Assembly: GCA_040954595.2 (NCBI GenBank)
Contig: CM082588.2
Span: 7,403,947 to 7,467,946, forward strand
DNA from: Balanoglossus misakiensis
Taxonomy: Eukaryota; Animalia; Hemichordata
DNA: 64,000 nt
Direction of reading: 5' to 3'
Positions 1 through 12,411 of this stretch are shown here, piece by piece; positions within the stretch are counted from its first letter, which is position 1, and each line of letters opens with the position of its first letter. The translations under genes and the position numbers were made by a program. The notes below the pieces were generated by a model. It saw nothing but the letters and a program-made list of their open reading frames with translations. It did no database searches and was not told the DNA's origin.

Positions 1-107
1 ACCACTTGAGATATCAGTACAGAGTTGCGCTGCCTCCGTCCGTAAAAGAGCGAGGGCCCGGCGCAAGCCCCCCCCCCCCCGCTAAAAATGTTAATGAGTC
101 GTAATTA

Positions 108-420
108 CTGTATACATGTAATGCAACAAAACGCAGTACAATGTAATGCAATGTTACGCTGTGTTGGTTACTTGTATGTAACATAGTGTAATGTGTTTCA
201 ACGCAATGTTACTGTAATGAAATTCGATGTGCATGTATAATATAGATGAATAAATGTAATGTAATGTAGTGTAATGCCATGCAATGTAATGTAATACAAT
301 GTGCATTGAATGCTATGTAATGTCACGTATAAACGAAGCATTATGTTGGAATACAATACAACACAATACAGTGCAGTGATATTTAAGGTAATGTAATGTA
401 ACATAATGTAATGCAATGCC
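108..420. repeat. Degenerate pentanucleotide microsatellite (AATGT/AATGC)n
   Basis: Runs such as aatgtaatgtaatgtagtgtaatgccatgcaatgtaatgtaat. The LHYIT-rich ORF 198..416 is a by-product. Confidence 0.8.
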
Positions 421-599
421 TGTCACACAATGGAATAGAATGCATTTAGTGTTGCTCACTGAGAACGGACAAAAGCCAATCAGAATCTGTTAATATCAAC
501 ACCCCTTTTAAGAATGTCAAAGTCATAAGATTATGAACGTATAATACACGTGTAATTAGCCTATGTCAATCGGGTGTGATCTATCCCTTTCACCAACAG

Positions 600-3500
600 A
601 TGTCGACCCATTACCCGAAACCCCGACGTCACCTGCCGAGAAAACGTGCCGACCCGGGTACACAAAATTCAACGGCGAGGTTTGCTATAAAGCATATACA
701 GATCCGCAAACGTTTGACGAAGCTCGTCAGCAATGCAAAGAAGACGGCGCCAATCTGGCCAGCGTGATTAATGCATTCGAGGAAGCTTACATCGAAACTC
801 TTGTATATCAAACAGGAGTTCAATTGTGGATTGGACTTGAATTCGATGAACAGGTGATGTTTATTTTATTTCTTTGTTAGAAGTTTCGTTCTTCAAAACA
901 AAATTGTGGGCATATGTACAAGATCGGTTTAGGCGCTCGTCGTGGGCAATTGACTACAACTTTGCGTCAGTTCATTCATGTATTTTTTTATTTTTGCGAA
1001 TGTAACACAGTTCCAATTGAATTTTCTGTCTTTTCAAGAATTTATCGAGGAATGCATATGATAAAAGCAAGATTTCCGCCTCCGAAAGAGTGTACACGTC
1101 AGAAAGTTTACAAAAAGTTGACAAACCATTGCGAGATCTCGTCGAGCAAATATGGCGTCGAATTTGAATTGACTTTGTGTCCGATAGATTAAACCATGAT
1201 TTTCCAGCTGCAAGGAGTACAGTTGTCCGTCGATACGGGGTTACAACGCTGCTAACACTATCCTAGAGCAGGATTACGGTTAAATTTGCAAACGGTAAGG
1301 TGAAATTTGCTGCTGATGGGCCCCAGAGTCTGCCTCGACCCTGCGCTACAACTACGTAGTGCAGTTTTACGAACGGCAGGTATTGGGTCGTGTTGTAGCC
1401 CTTGGTGGGCCGTCAGCAACGATCCAGCCACTTAACCAGTCCACCAAGGCTACAACTATTGCAGCAACGATAGGGCTGTTTTTCATGGTAAATTAAAGGG
1501 ACAAAGTCTCTCTCTCGCTGCCCTCTTTCCATTAATTATGTTTGATACAAGATACCGTTTATGTTATTCTACATGTGGATATATAGTGAATCAACGTTCG
1601 ACCACACACAATTTCTATACTACTTGTAGACACGAGAGTGAAAAACTCGCCATAATGAATAATCGGTGTATACCATTTATTCATTTTAGGTGAGTTTTTA
1701 TTCTCATATCCTACAAACGGGATGAAGTTGTGTGTGGTTGAATGTTCATTCACTACATAAACATGTTGTACATTAATATAAACAGTGTCTTGTATCAAAC
1801 ATAATTAATGGAAAAAGGGCAGCGAGGAAGAGACGTTGTTCCTTTAAGCCGAGACAATCCAAAAGAAGTGACAATGGAAATATTATCGATTTCACAGTCA
1901 GGTGAATATAAGTGGATTGATGGCGCTCCCGTGTTTTTCACCGAGTGGAATTCTGAAACGTCCAGCGACGATCTGGGCAGTGGATACAACGACAGTTGTG
2001 TGATGGCTACTCAATCCGGATGGGACACCGTCAACTGTTTGGCACCCAGGGGAAGCCTCTGTAAAACATACCTAGGTAATTACCGTTTCTATATCCATCT
2101 TGCCTAGGTAAATGATTTTGTTGAAGGATATCTTCTTTTTTTGTATAAACTTTTTATTCGAGTCTTTAAAAAGAAAGATTCCATATCTCATCACTGTCAG
2201 AAGTGTTAAAAGGAAAAATTACAACATGATCAATGCTTCAGTGCAAGTTACAAATCAAGGTTGTGGACCAGTTAGCTTTATGTGATTATCTATAGTCTGT
2301 TTTTTTTCTATTTTCAATGAAAAATGCTGTCTTCTGTATTACAATCCGGGTCTCAAATTTTGCTCAAGGCAACGTTAGATTTTAGGCAGTTAATATGGGA
2401 AGACATTCTCGTGTGATATATGACAAATAACACATGATCGATCGTGTTAAATGGCACAAAGTCCACAATTTTTGTGACATTCTGCGCATATGACTATTCT
2501 AGTTCCGTACAAAGCTTGACTTGTATTACTTGGCTAGCTGAACTCTTTACTACAGCAATTAACCAAATCTCGCGAGATCTCACAATGAGCGGAAAATCAC
2601 CTATTCACTTTCTCTGTGACAGTCCCGCCTCCAACCACCCCGCAGCATATTGAGGGACACTGCGACAACGAAGTGGAGTGGGTACCCTATGCAGGCGACT
2701 GTTACTCGTTCACCGGCAAGCAGAACCGCGTCATAGCGTCACAGGCGCAGTTCAACTGTATGCAAAGGGACTCTTCGTTGGTGACCATACACCACGACAT
2801 GGAGAATGAATTTATACTTTCACAGTTGAGCAACGGCGAGGATATATGGATCGGTTTGATCAAAGGGCACGGTGAGTGTTTACAAGCCGCGTTTTGCAAA
2901 ATTGTGACAATTCTCGCGAGTTTGAATTGATTTTTTGCCACCTAGGTGAGTGGTAAAAATCTCATGTGGCCGACACAATTCCAAGATGGCGGATTGTTGT
3001 CATGTTTAACAAATGGGAGTTCAAAAGTGAAATTGATGTTCTTGCCATAATCAAATTATGTAGCAGAAAAGGTAACAAAATGCGAAAAAGCTCAACGAAT
3101 TCTATGTGCTAGATTTGAAGACGATACGTTTGATAAAAAAGTCAGGAAATACATGTAACATGATATCTCTTCAAAGTTTACGTTGTATCGACTTTCTTAC
3201 CCGCACTGCAATTGTGGGAAAATAATAGACTCAATCGGGTTCTACACTTAAAGTTTATTTTGGCATTCTTTTACTGCGATATGCAAAATGAACATTAGCT
3301 GATTAGTGTTTTCATTGTAGAAAATGAATAATCGTCCTTGATTTATTTAAAGGTGGCTTCAGATGGATCGACGACTCCCCTCTGCAGTTTACAAGGTGGG
3401 CACCGGGAGAGCCCAACCAAGTCAGTATAGAACAGTTTGGCGAGGAAGACTGTGCCACGTTGCAATTCTATACTGGTGACTGGGCAGACATGAGGTGCGG

Positions 3501-5262
3501 CCTCCGCAAAGGATATGTGTGTAAAAAGCCTAAAAGTAAGTTAACATTGATTATCACCGCTTCGAACTTGTTGAACGGGACAAAGTCTCTCTCTCGCTGC
3601 CCTTTCTCCATTAACTATACATGTATTTGATACAAGACACTGTTTATGTTAAATGTATATATGTAGTAAATGAACGTTCAACCACACACAACTTCGATCT
3701 CGCTTGTATGATATATGTAGACACGAGAGTGAAAAACTCGCCAAAATTAATAATCAGTGTTTACCATTTATTCATTTTGGCGAGAATTTTACTCTCATAT
3801 CCTACAAACGGGATGGAAGTTGTGTGTAGTCGAGCGTTGATTCACTATATATCTACACTCGCCCAAAATGAATAAATGGTAAAGACCGATTATTCATTTT
3901 GCCGGATTTTTCCACTCTCGTGTCTACAAGCGGGATGGAAGGTGTGTGTGGTCGAATACTAATAGTTTGTGTGTTGTGTTTGTAAACACCAGTTCCGACG
4001 TTGCGGACCAGCAGCACGACAAGAGGACGACAAGAAACCGCTCTCGGTAGGATGAATTTACCATATGTAAATCTACATTTTGCTCTACCAATGATGCCGA
4101 GATGAAAAAAACAACAAAACAAAACAAAAATGTTGTTTTTATATTTACCCTTGTGTATTGTCAATTACTGTATTCGAAACTGTGTATCATCCTGTTTGGT
4201 TTTCATAACAATACCCTTTTCACGAAAAAAACAGACAATGGAGAAGAAGTGGCGAATTGCATATCGTTTGATTTCAACTGATAATCTTGCCAACTCATGC
4301 CTGTGGTGTTCAATGCCATCGACGATATACGAAGAAATTTTTATGTTTGGACAATGATCACACTGTGTTTCATTTCCAAGCACATCGTGTCGTATACTTT
4401 TGGGTAGCCAAGTATTTGACACGATTCGCTTCATTTTTTCAGATGTCGACGTTACTACTTCCCGACCAACTCCAAAAACGAAGGGAACCGGGTCAGTGGA
4501 GAAACACACAAGTGGAAATCACGGTAATGGGCAACTTACATGACCCCTATATGACCTTTACATCTTGGAACTCTAGCACACGTTTGTACACTCTAACTCA
4601 TCAGAGGACCAACAATAATAGATTGGATTTGTCCTCACCACAGTATTTGATTGGGGAAGTGTTTGCGGCACGTTTTAGTTTATACAACAAACCCATTTTG
4701 TAGTAGGCCTATGGTAACTACAGCTAATTCTTCATTGGTGACTCGAATGAGTTGGTTTAGGGGTACACGCCCTCGCCACTTTTACTTGCCTGTTATCTAA
4801 GCGTAGAGGGCGATACGCAATGCCAGATAGTAACATACGTTAACTTCAGAACCCAAAGAGTGATTTTACGCGTGGTTGTATAGGGCATGTCATAGGCACT
4901 TTAAAGCTTGCATTGTCACTTCTAGTCATGACGTCACCTGTGTATATAATCCACCTGATTACTTCTGATGGTTTTGTCTATGGCTGCCCGTTACAGGTGT
5001 CGACACATCTCGAATAATACTTATCGCCGAGCATGTCGTCATTGCCGTTGTGGCCATCCCTGTTGTGATATGGTGCATATTGCGAAGACGTCACAAGTAC
5101 GCCGTTTACAAAAGAAACCGGTACGCAGACGACAGCGATGCCGGACACAGGTTTGAGAATACCTTGTACGCCGAAAACGTCTTCGGTGAACCGATCACTG
5201 CGCCACCTACCGTTGAAACTGACAGTGGACGACAGAACAAAATGACTGTTACAACGTGTTGA
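600..5262 (+). CDS. 3' part of a macrophage mannose receptor (MRC1)-like multi-CTLD type I membrane receptor; 5' end lies outside the window
   Basis: Frame-consistent GT-AG exons 600-853, 1898-2075, 2623-2871, 3353-3535, 3993-4046, 4443-4523, 4997-5262. Two C-type lectin domains (CY...A...C...LASV...LWIGL; WIGL...FTRWAPGEPN...C...W.D..C...C), a Ser/Thr stalk, TM segment VVIAVVAIPVVIWCIL followed by RRRHK, and a cytoplasmic FENTLY motif. Confidence 0.88.
1497..1843. mobile_element. Non-autonomous Kolobok-type MITE with TTAA TSD
   Basis: TTAA at 1493-1496 and 1844-1847. ~65-bp imperfect TIRs agggacaaagtctctctctcgctgccctc...gatacaagatac / gtgtcttgtatc...gggcagcgaggaagagacgttgttcct. Confidence 0.8.
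3577..3985. mobile_element. Truncated/rearranged second copy of the 1497-1843 MITE
   Basis: Starts with the same gggacaaagtctctctctcgctgccc...gatacaagacac and shares internal gtagacacgagagtgaaaaactcgcc. Right TIR not found. Confidence 0.7.
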
Positions 5263-7019
5263 GGCTCAGGTGAACATGGCCTCGTGGTTAAACGTGTGTG
5301 CATGTTTTTTTGTTTTACAAAACCGCTGAAACGCTTATGCAATACACAAGCAAATATGTGGCTTTTTATCGACACTAAAGATGCTTGCGCCAATCAACCA
5401 ACCAACAAAACAGCCAACAACCAACCAACCACTGTGAACCAACCAAGCTGCATACTTGTCAATTCGAACAACTTCGATGATGCGTAACAAATAATATGTT
5501 TTGGCGAACGAGAGGCCATGCTATGCATATATTACATCTTAATTTGTATTTAGCATAATTTCTTTAGTGAAGACGACTATTTTCTGTCTTTTCCCGATCT
5601 ACGACATAGCCTATGATCGCCGCCATCTTGTATGTTGTTAACACACTGCCTTATGGCAATGACTGTACACATTTTTTGTAACCAGATTCTCTGGTTTGGC
5701 ACATGCACATAAGACGATCGTCGCCCTTTACCACTATATGTAGCTTCTGTATCTACCAAGCTAAATTCAACGTGTTTCCTGTTGATTATGCGTATCTCTA
5801 CTGATTTGAATATATATTTTTAAAACAATAACAATTTCAATGTGCACACTACGTACTTGCGTACGCACGCACGTGCGTGCGTAAATACTACATACACATA
5901 TAGGCCTATATCCAGGCAATGTGGAGATATTTCTGATCCAACTTTCCCGCCGTTTTTCATTACTTTTCACACTCATATCAGTATCACCACATGGCGTTCT
6001 CCGTTGCCTCCGCCCATATAGCAGGGTCTACAAGCAATGAAACGTAGCTGCTGATTCAACATCTTCGCCTCCATGGTCTTGCTCCGACTCCGAAAAATTA
6101 GGGAGATTGAGAGGACGATGCAACACCCAAAGCAGCATGAACCGCGGTTTTGGTACCCGCCTGATATTTGGACTCATTGTAGCAAACTTTCTGTGCGTTG
6201 CTTAGTGACGTGACGTAGCCTACTGTGACGTAGTACGACTGTTAGGCGGGAAGTCCTAAAGTGTATCATTTTGAACGGACGCCGGCCACAGTGAAGACGT
6301 GTGTGACTGCAGCTCCGTCTGCTCCGAATTTTCCGAGTCCTGCCTCGCCGTATCCTACCTCAACTACTTGTAGAAAACGGCCTGCAAACTCGGGCGTCTA
6401 GTACACTGGCCAGTTGGCGTTAGCTCCCCGGAAAAAATCGATTGGTACCAGTTGATGTACATTTGATATTTGGCGGCGCCGACAACACGGCCATCGCCAT
6501 TTTGTACCGGTGGATTTCTATGTTTCAGTATGGTAAGAAAGATAGACGTATAGCCGGTGGAAAGAGTATGTCACTCGTTCATGCGACCACAGTCTCCCCA
6601 ACCAAGTCAATTTTGGGACAGTGGTGCGAATTTGCATTTTTTACAACCAAATATTTTCATATTTGCAGACATTTTGTGAGTGGACAGTATCGTCTGGCAT
6701 TTCTTGGGCACTGTACTCCTTACAGGACTGACTTTACACACGAGTGTTCGGTTCTCTGAACAGTTCATTTGTGTGAAAGGAAGTCGGGTGACAGTCGACA
6801 TGTCCACCATTCAAATTATACAAATTATTAAAACTGAAGCCTAAGAGCGAGTGACATACAGGACACGGAAATTTTCGCCGAACCCGAACGCCGTCGCGAC
6901 CATCGACAGTGCGTCCGGGACACTACCAAGGTGTCCGCGGGGAATTAGCATATCCCTCCGGTAGAACAGCTGCGTTTCCACAGCTAAGAGGAACACCGCA
7001 GGTGTACACGCAAGACAAC

Positions 7020-7125
7020 CATTCCCGTACTTGTACTCGGTTGGCTGTCCAGCCACTCGTCAAAGTCTCTACCCATGGGTACGCCAGGTACAAATCATTG
7101 TGGAGTCGTAGGCAAGGTTTGTTAG
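7020..7125 (-). pseudogene. Third, deleted copy of the small-ORF family
   Basis: aaaccttgcctacgactccacaatgatttgtacctggcg...gagtggctggacagccaaccgagtacaagtacggg matches the start and the EWLDSQPSTSTG block of 7122-7460. Confidence 0.55.
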
Positions 7126-7436
7126 GAATGTGCGACGTCCGCAGATTTCTTCCCCTTTCCTTTTCCTCTTCTCTTTTTGTCGTCCGAGAACAACAAGTAG
7201 GGAGTGTCGCCACTCTCGGTGAAACAACCTGAGTCGTCGTTGTTCGGCTTCTCGTCGCTTTCTGACTCCGAGTCGAACTTTCGGATGGGAGGAAGTACGT
7301 GGTGGTTCGGGAAGCCATATATTCCGGTACTCGTACTAGGTTGGCTGTCCAGCCACTCGTAATAGTCTTGGTCAGTACCCGCGGGAACGCCAGGTACAAC
7401 CAGGCAGAGGATAATCGTTAGCAATACACAAATCAT
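7122..7436 (-). CDS. Small unknown protein (104 aa) with hydrophobic N-terminus; the only intact member of a local tandem family
   Basis: ATG at 7436: MICVLLTIILCLVVPGVPAG...YEWLDSQPSTSTGIYGFP...DSGCFTESGDTPYLLFSD...; amino-acid level conservation with the 7916-8327 copy despite nucleotide divergence. Confidence 0.5.
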   Translation of the reverse strand: MICVLLTIILCLVVPGVPAGTDQDYYEWLDSQPSTSTGIYGFPNHHVLPPIRKFDSESESDEKPNNDDSGCFTESGDTPYLLFSDDKKRRGKGKGKKSADVAHS

Positions 7437-7915
7437 GGTGAAGTCGTAGGCAAGGTTTGTCAGGAATGCGGCACTGACACTTGCCAAACATACTAATTCT
7501 TACTTGTTCTAATAACGCGTCTTATCTTATTCAGTACAATTGACGCTAACCTACGCGATGTATGAATAAATAAAATTTGTGCTCTCCATCACTTTTCCTT
7601 TTCCCGTTTTCTCTCGCCCTTTTTCGTCTGAGAAAACAACGAACGTCTCACTCCTCTCCATAAAAAAATTAAATCATGATAAAGCCCACATTCCTATAAA
7701 TAAACATTTCCCCAAAACGAATGAATATAACTCGGTACGTACTTTGTTAATATGTTTATTAATTGAGCAATGAAATTATAAAATATTACAAATGAAAATA
7801 CATGAAGATTGCAAACGTGTCCAAGATAATGATGATATATGTTCAATGTTGGTGCGTGCTGTTGATGTCGACGTTGAATCTGGAGCGACTCCAGTGTTCC
7901 TCCTCTGAAACTTCT

Positions 7916-8327
7916 TCAGGACTCGCTGCCGGAAACTGGCGAATTGTCGGCCGATGCACGGAAGACAACCTGGCTGTGTTTCATCCTCCTCTCCTGTCGT
8001 CTCCTTCTCAGCGACATCTGCAGATTTCTTTCTTTGCCTTTTCCGTTCTGCTCCATCTCTTCCTCCTCGTCCGAAAATAAAAAGTAGGGCGTCTCTCCCC
8101 CTTCGGTGAAAACACCCGAATCCTCGTTTTCCGGAGCCTCCGATTGGTTGCTATCGGTGTCAGAATCGGGATCATACCCTCGAAATGGAGGCAGCACGTT
8201 AAAGTCCGGGAAGGCGTAAATCCCCGTGCTGGTACTTGGCTGGGTGTCCAGCCACTCATAAAAGTCGGCGCCCATTAGGACGCCAGGCACCATCAATGCC
8301 AAAATCACGGCAAAGCACACAAATCAT
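7916..8327 (-). pseudogene. Frameshifted paralog of 7122-7436
   Basis: atgatttgtgtgctt-t-gccgtgattttg: MICVL then a frameshift before AVILALMVPG...FYEWLDTQPSTSTGIYAFP...DSGVFTEGGETPYFLFSD. Confidence 0.5.
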
Positions 8328-8499
8328 TGTGAAGTCGTATGCTTTGAGTGTAAGGTATATGCAACGCTGACGCCGTCGTGCAAGACGTTGCCGATAGGTC
8401 GATCGGCTTGGGGTATGCCGATGGTGGCGATGATGTAGGACTGGAGACATGCAAAAACGCCCGGTATATACTTATATATTCTTTGAGATGATTTCTCGT

Positions 8500-8810
8500 T
8501 GTAGGTTGGTCCCATGCATATTCTGCTGGATCACTGCCATAACAAAGAGCTGTTGCATTTGGTATTGAAAAACACCACAGTCATATGAACCACTTTGTCG
8601 GTGAACATCAATCCACTCCATCTTCATTTCCTTGTCTGTGTACAGCGTCCAACCGAGAGCTTTCGACATGCTGTAGCTAGTGTTACCACTGAACATGGAG
8701 TCATACACACGGCGTGACACGTACAGTGCAGTGCCATCTCCACAAGCAAGGTTTGACACAGTTATCCAGCGGTGTCCTCGTAAATTCGTGATCTGTACGA
8801 ATTTGTCAGT
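8500..8810 (-). pseudogene. Degenerate Ulp1/SENP-like (C48) cysteine protease fragment, probably TE-derived
   Basis: VQITNLRGHRWITVSN...VYDS...VHRQSGSYDCGVF matches the H-W, D and Q-x5-DCG pattern. Similarity is lost right after DCGVF, suggesting a frameshift. Confidence 0.6.
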
Positions 8811-10091
8811 TGGTGTTTTGACAATACGAGTAGGCCTAGTGTGACTATAGCAACCACTTTCTTGCTGACGGTGTTTAGCTGGCCGCGTCAATGACCAAAA
8901 TGCCGACCCCGATATTTCCAAAAGAACGGCTGTTTGTACACTCGGACCGGATTCAAAATCAGAGAATCTCGTTTGCATAACAACAGTCGGAGAAAACACC
9001 TGTTGCAACATTTTGTCCAATGTTGTCTGGCTGCATGCGCCAGCCAAGAAAACTGACTATACAAGTAATTGACAGCTGTCACTCAAAGTCGTGATTGCTA
9101 GTCAGCCAAAGGTCAAACGTGCGCGAAGAAATTCGTGCACAACAGGCTAATCGGGTTTGGCTCGTGTGCCGACTGACCGCAAACCGTCTTGGCGTGTGCC
9201 GGCTAAGTAATTAGAAGAACCGCAAAGGCGATCTGGAAACATACGTGAACGTGAAATTGACCTCTTTAATAGGTGATAAAAAATCTCTGCACCCCCTCGT
9301 AGACAATAAAGCTCTGACTATAGTTCATTCAGAAATATCAAAACGTGTGAAATCTTCAAGAAATTGGTAAACAATGTGCAAATTTCGTTAAAGACTATTT
9401 TTTTCTCATAACCCAATATGAACAAAATTTATTTTGTTGGAATTTCTTTTTTCACATGATTTGATTCACTCTACACGTAACGACTCATGTGGTCTTCTCG
9501 CAAATGTGTTAGATACATACATGTCCTTTTAATAAGATAGATTCAATGCATTAAACATCACTAGTGATCCCGAAAGTCAATACCTGGTGATGATCTAAAT
9601 GTTTTGAGGTAGTTTTGACGATGGTATTGAACCTTCAGAAAAGATCATTTAGCGAACACCGTATCATAATAGTTATTATGGTTTACTGTTACGGTGTAAT
9701 GACTGAAAAATTGGTTGTAAGATTTTTATTAACGTCAATTAAAATACTTCACGGCGCTGTTGGGAAACAGTATGGAAAGATATGATGAGGTAGTAGTCAT
9801 TTCTAATGTGTTGTTGCTTGGCAACATTATGAATATTCTGGACCAGACCATTTGTCGAGACGAAATGTAAGGAAACATTTCAATCTTTTCCAACGCTACG
9901 TTTTTCCATGTTAAAGGGGGAACGCTCGGTAGGGCCCTACCGAGAAAAAATCAATAAAATGTGGGCGTGGCTTAAACTCTAATGGTACGATATTGTTTCT
10001 TTCTGTGAGCAAAAAAGTAGCAAGTCAGCAACAATTGACCTCTCACCTCCGAAATGGAACACACACTCAAAATGTAAACATATGCACGTGT

Positions 10092-11894
10092 TTACTTTTC
10101 ATACAGTAATTCCAACCATTTTCCCCACAGTTTAGTTTTGAATGCGAACGTTTTTCGAACTCGTACGGGCTCAGCTGATTGCCGCCTTGGATTTGTAGCA
10201 TCAACAACTAGCCGTGACGATGTAACCGGCCGATCGACACTTTCATTCCAGTCGAGTATCGCTAGATTCGTTCTCAGTTCGTACGCTTGTCGACCAAAGA
10301 CGATGCGTTTATCGTGGTATTGCAATAGTGCGTTGTTGAATGACTCAACGTAGTGCGTATCATGACAGTGACTATAGCTCTCGGCGTCTTTGTACACGGG
10401 TAAACTATGTAAAAAGTCAATAAGCATTTTTTCTGCTACGGGATCAGTTATGGGGTTTTTCGTGGGCTCATAATTAACATCAGTCTTGCAACGAGAGTCT
10501 GGGTGGCAGTCGGCATGTTTGCCCTGATAGTGAAGCAGAATGGTGTCAATACGCCGTCTTAGTAACGCCGCATCCCCATTACAAGTTTTCATCGACCAAT
10601 AAATATGCGTTTTGATTGACGCAGCCTTGTCTGATAATTCGGAGTGCCAACTTTTATTTTCTCTATATTTTGCCCCGTGGCCGATTTTTTTAGCTTCCTT
10701 AGCAATACCCTTTGTCACATGCCACGTGTCTTTACTGTTTATCGTGTTTGGGTGTTCTTCTCTTACGTATTTATTGACGCTGGCGTTATTATCGTGTACG
10801 TGTACTTTTATAGCGCACTCATTTTCAAAGTAATCGTACATGCGCTTCACACCTGCAAGTTCATGCCTTTGACTACAAGGGTCATCGGCCTTGCTTAGAA
10901 TTTCAACGCGGATAACTTTGTGTGTATGAAATCCGAGACAAACGATGTCTGAAAATCGAGCGTTTTTTCGCCAGCAGTGACGAGCATCACTGATGATTCC
11001 GATACCATCTCGCAGTGGTTCGTTTTCCTCAGACACAAATGCTGTAGCGGCCATTTCCTCCTGCAATGCTGTTTCTTGTGACTCCTTAGACAGACTGCTT
11101 ACCACCCCAGCATAAGATTTTTGCAATACATGCAATGTTTTTTCCCCGATCTCTCCAATACTGGCCTCTTTACAAAATTTAGAATACATATTTGGCAACA
11201 ATCCAGACGAAAAATACCCATGGGCTATGCGCACGTTTGCGAGAAAGAGACCCCCTTCAATGTAATCAGAGGATTTCCAGCGTGCGATATGTGAACTGTT
11301 CTGGGAGCATACCAGAGTTGCACGTAACACATGTCCAAATTTATCAAATTTGTCTATCTTCATTGACGACGCTGGACATCTACCACGATGCTCAACCACT
11401 GTATCTGCCAATTTCTGTAGAGCCTTTGTCGTGCAAACAAACATTTCCTCACCGGACCCTAACTGCAAACTATCTTCCATTGTGGAAAAAGCAAAATCCG
11501 AACCGTTCATAGGTTGTTGATCGGCAAGTTCAAGATCTACATCGTTAGGTTGACGATCTAAATTTGTCAGGATAAAGTCATCCAAAACCGTGCAAAGAGC
11601 TTCGTACGTCGATGATACAGTGGTGTTGCCACCTATCATCATTTTCACCCGGTCAAGTTTATTAAACAACGTACATTTATCATCTTCGGTTTCATAGTAA
11701 AATGTTAGTTTACCACGGTTTTTCGATGGCTGCAGCTTCCTTTTCAAATTTCGTTGTCTCATGCATTCACTGCTGTCGGACGGGTAGGTCCCCCTGCGAC
11801 GATTCATTTGGCTCTGAGTTGAATCTCTGATGGGTCGAGTAGGTGGACCAGCTGGACGCTGTTCATTATTTGCTTCGACGGCCTCAGTTTGCAT
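10092..11894 (-). CDS. Kolobok DDE transposase (Mutator-related fold), 600 aa
   Basis: Intact intronless ORF. Candidate catalytic residues in ISDARH (D1), HVHDNN (D2) and THYVESFNN (E), plus DTWH and a His/Cys cluster HYQGKHADCHPDSRC. Confidence 0.82.
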   Translation of the reverse strand: MQTEAVEANNEQRPAGPPTRPIRDSTQSQMNRRRGTYPSDSSECMRQRNLKRKLQPSKNRGKLTFYYETEDDKCTLFNKLDRVKMMIGGNTTVSSTYEALCTVLDDFILTNLDRQPNDVDLELADQQPMNGSDFAFSTMEDSLQLGSGEEMFVCTTKALQKLADTVVEHRGRCPASSMKIDKFDKFGHVLRATLVCSQNSSHIARWKSSDYIEGGLFLANVRIAHGYFSSGLLPNMYSKFCKEASIGEIGEKTLHVLQKSYAGVVSSLSKESQETALQEEMAATAFVSEENEPLRDGIGIISDARHCWRKNARFSDIVCLGFHTHKVIRVEILSKADDPCSQRHELAGVKRMYDYFENECAIKVHVHDNNASVNKYVREEHPNTINSKDTWHVTKGIAKEAKKIGHGAKYRENKSWHSELSDKAASIKTHIYWSMKTCNGDAALLRRRIDTILLHYQGKHADCHPDSRCKTDVNYEPTKNPITDPVAEKMLIDFLHSLPVYKDAESYSHCHDTHYVESFNNALLQYHDKRIVFGRQAYELRTNLAILDWNESVDRPVTSSRLVVDATNPRRQSAEPVRVRKTFAFKTKLWGKWLELLYEK

Positions 11895-11916
11895 GATGAT
11901 TTGCAGCCTTTATTGT

Positions 11917-12021
11917 TATATGATTATAATTTCTTATTATTAGAACGAAACTCTTGTGATGACTTGCATATATGATTATAATTTCTTATTATTAGAACGA
12001 AACTCTTGTGATGACTTGCAT
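11917..12021. repeat. ~52-bp tandem duplication upstream of the transposase ATG
   Basis: tatgattataatttcttattattagaacgaaactcttgtgatgacttgca occurs twice in tandem. Confidence 0.85.
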
Positions 12022-12411
12022 GCGATAAATTTACAACCAAATATTGGCGCAGAGGTGTGAATGGAATTGCAACATTTTACCAAAATTTTGTACGGGTTCA
12101 TTTCACCATGGTAGGTGAAACGAATTTTTTTTCTGCCGATTTTTAAATCATAACATTAAAATACAACTGAGAAAACCCGCTTTCACCAATTAATACGATT
12201 AGTTTCCAATTTTAAATCACTAAAAACTTGTCGAAATGACGACTTTGTAAATTCTCAAAGCATACGCGTCACTCTTCGTCCCTCCCGAAAATGGTGAATT
12301 TTTATATTTCGCTACTTCGACTTCAAATGGGGATCCCGCGCCCGCCAAAAGCAAACACATTATATACCCACGCGATCCTAACCGCGGAACGTGTTGTCAG
12401 CTGAATCCATC

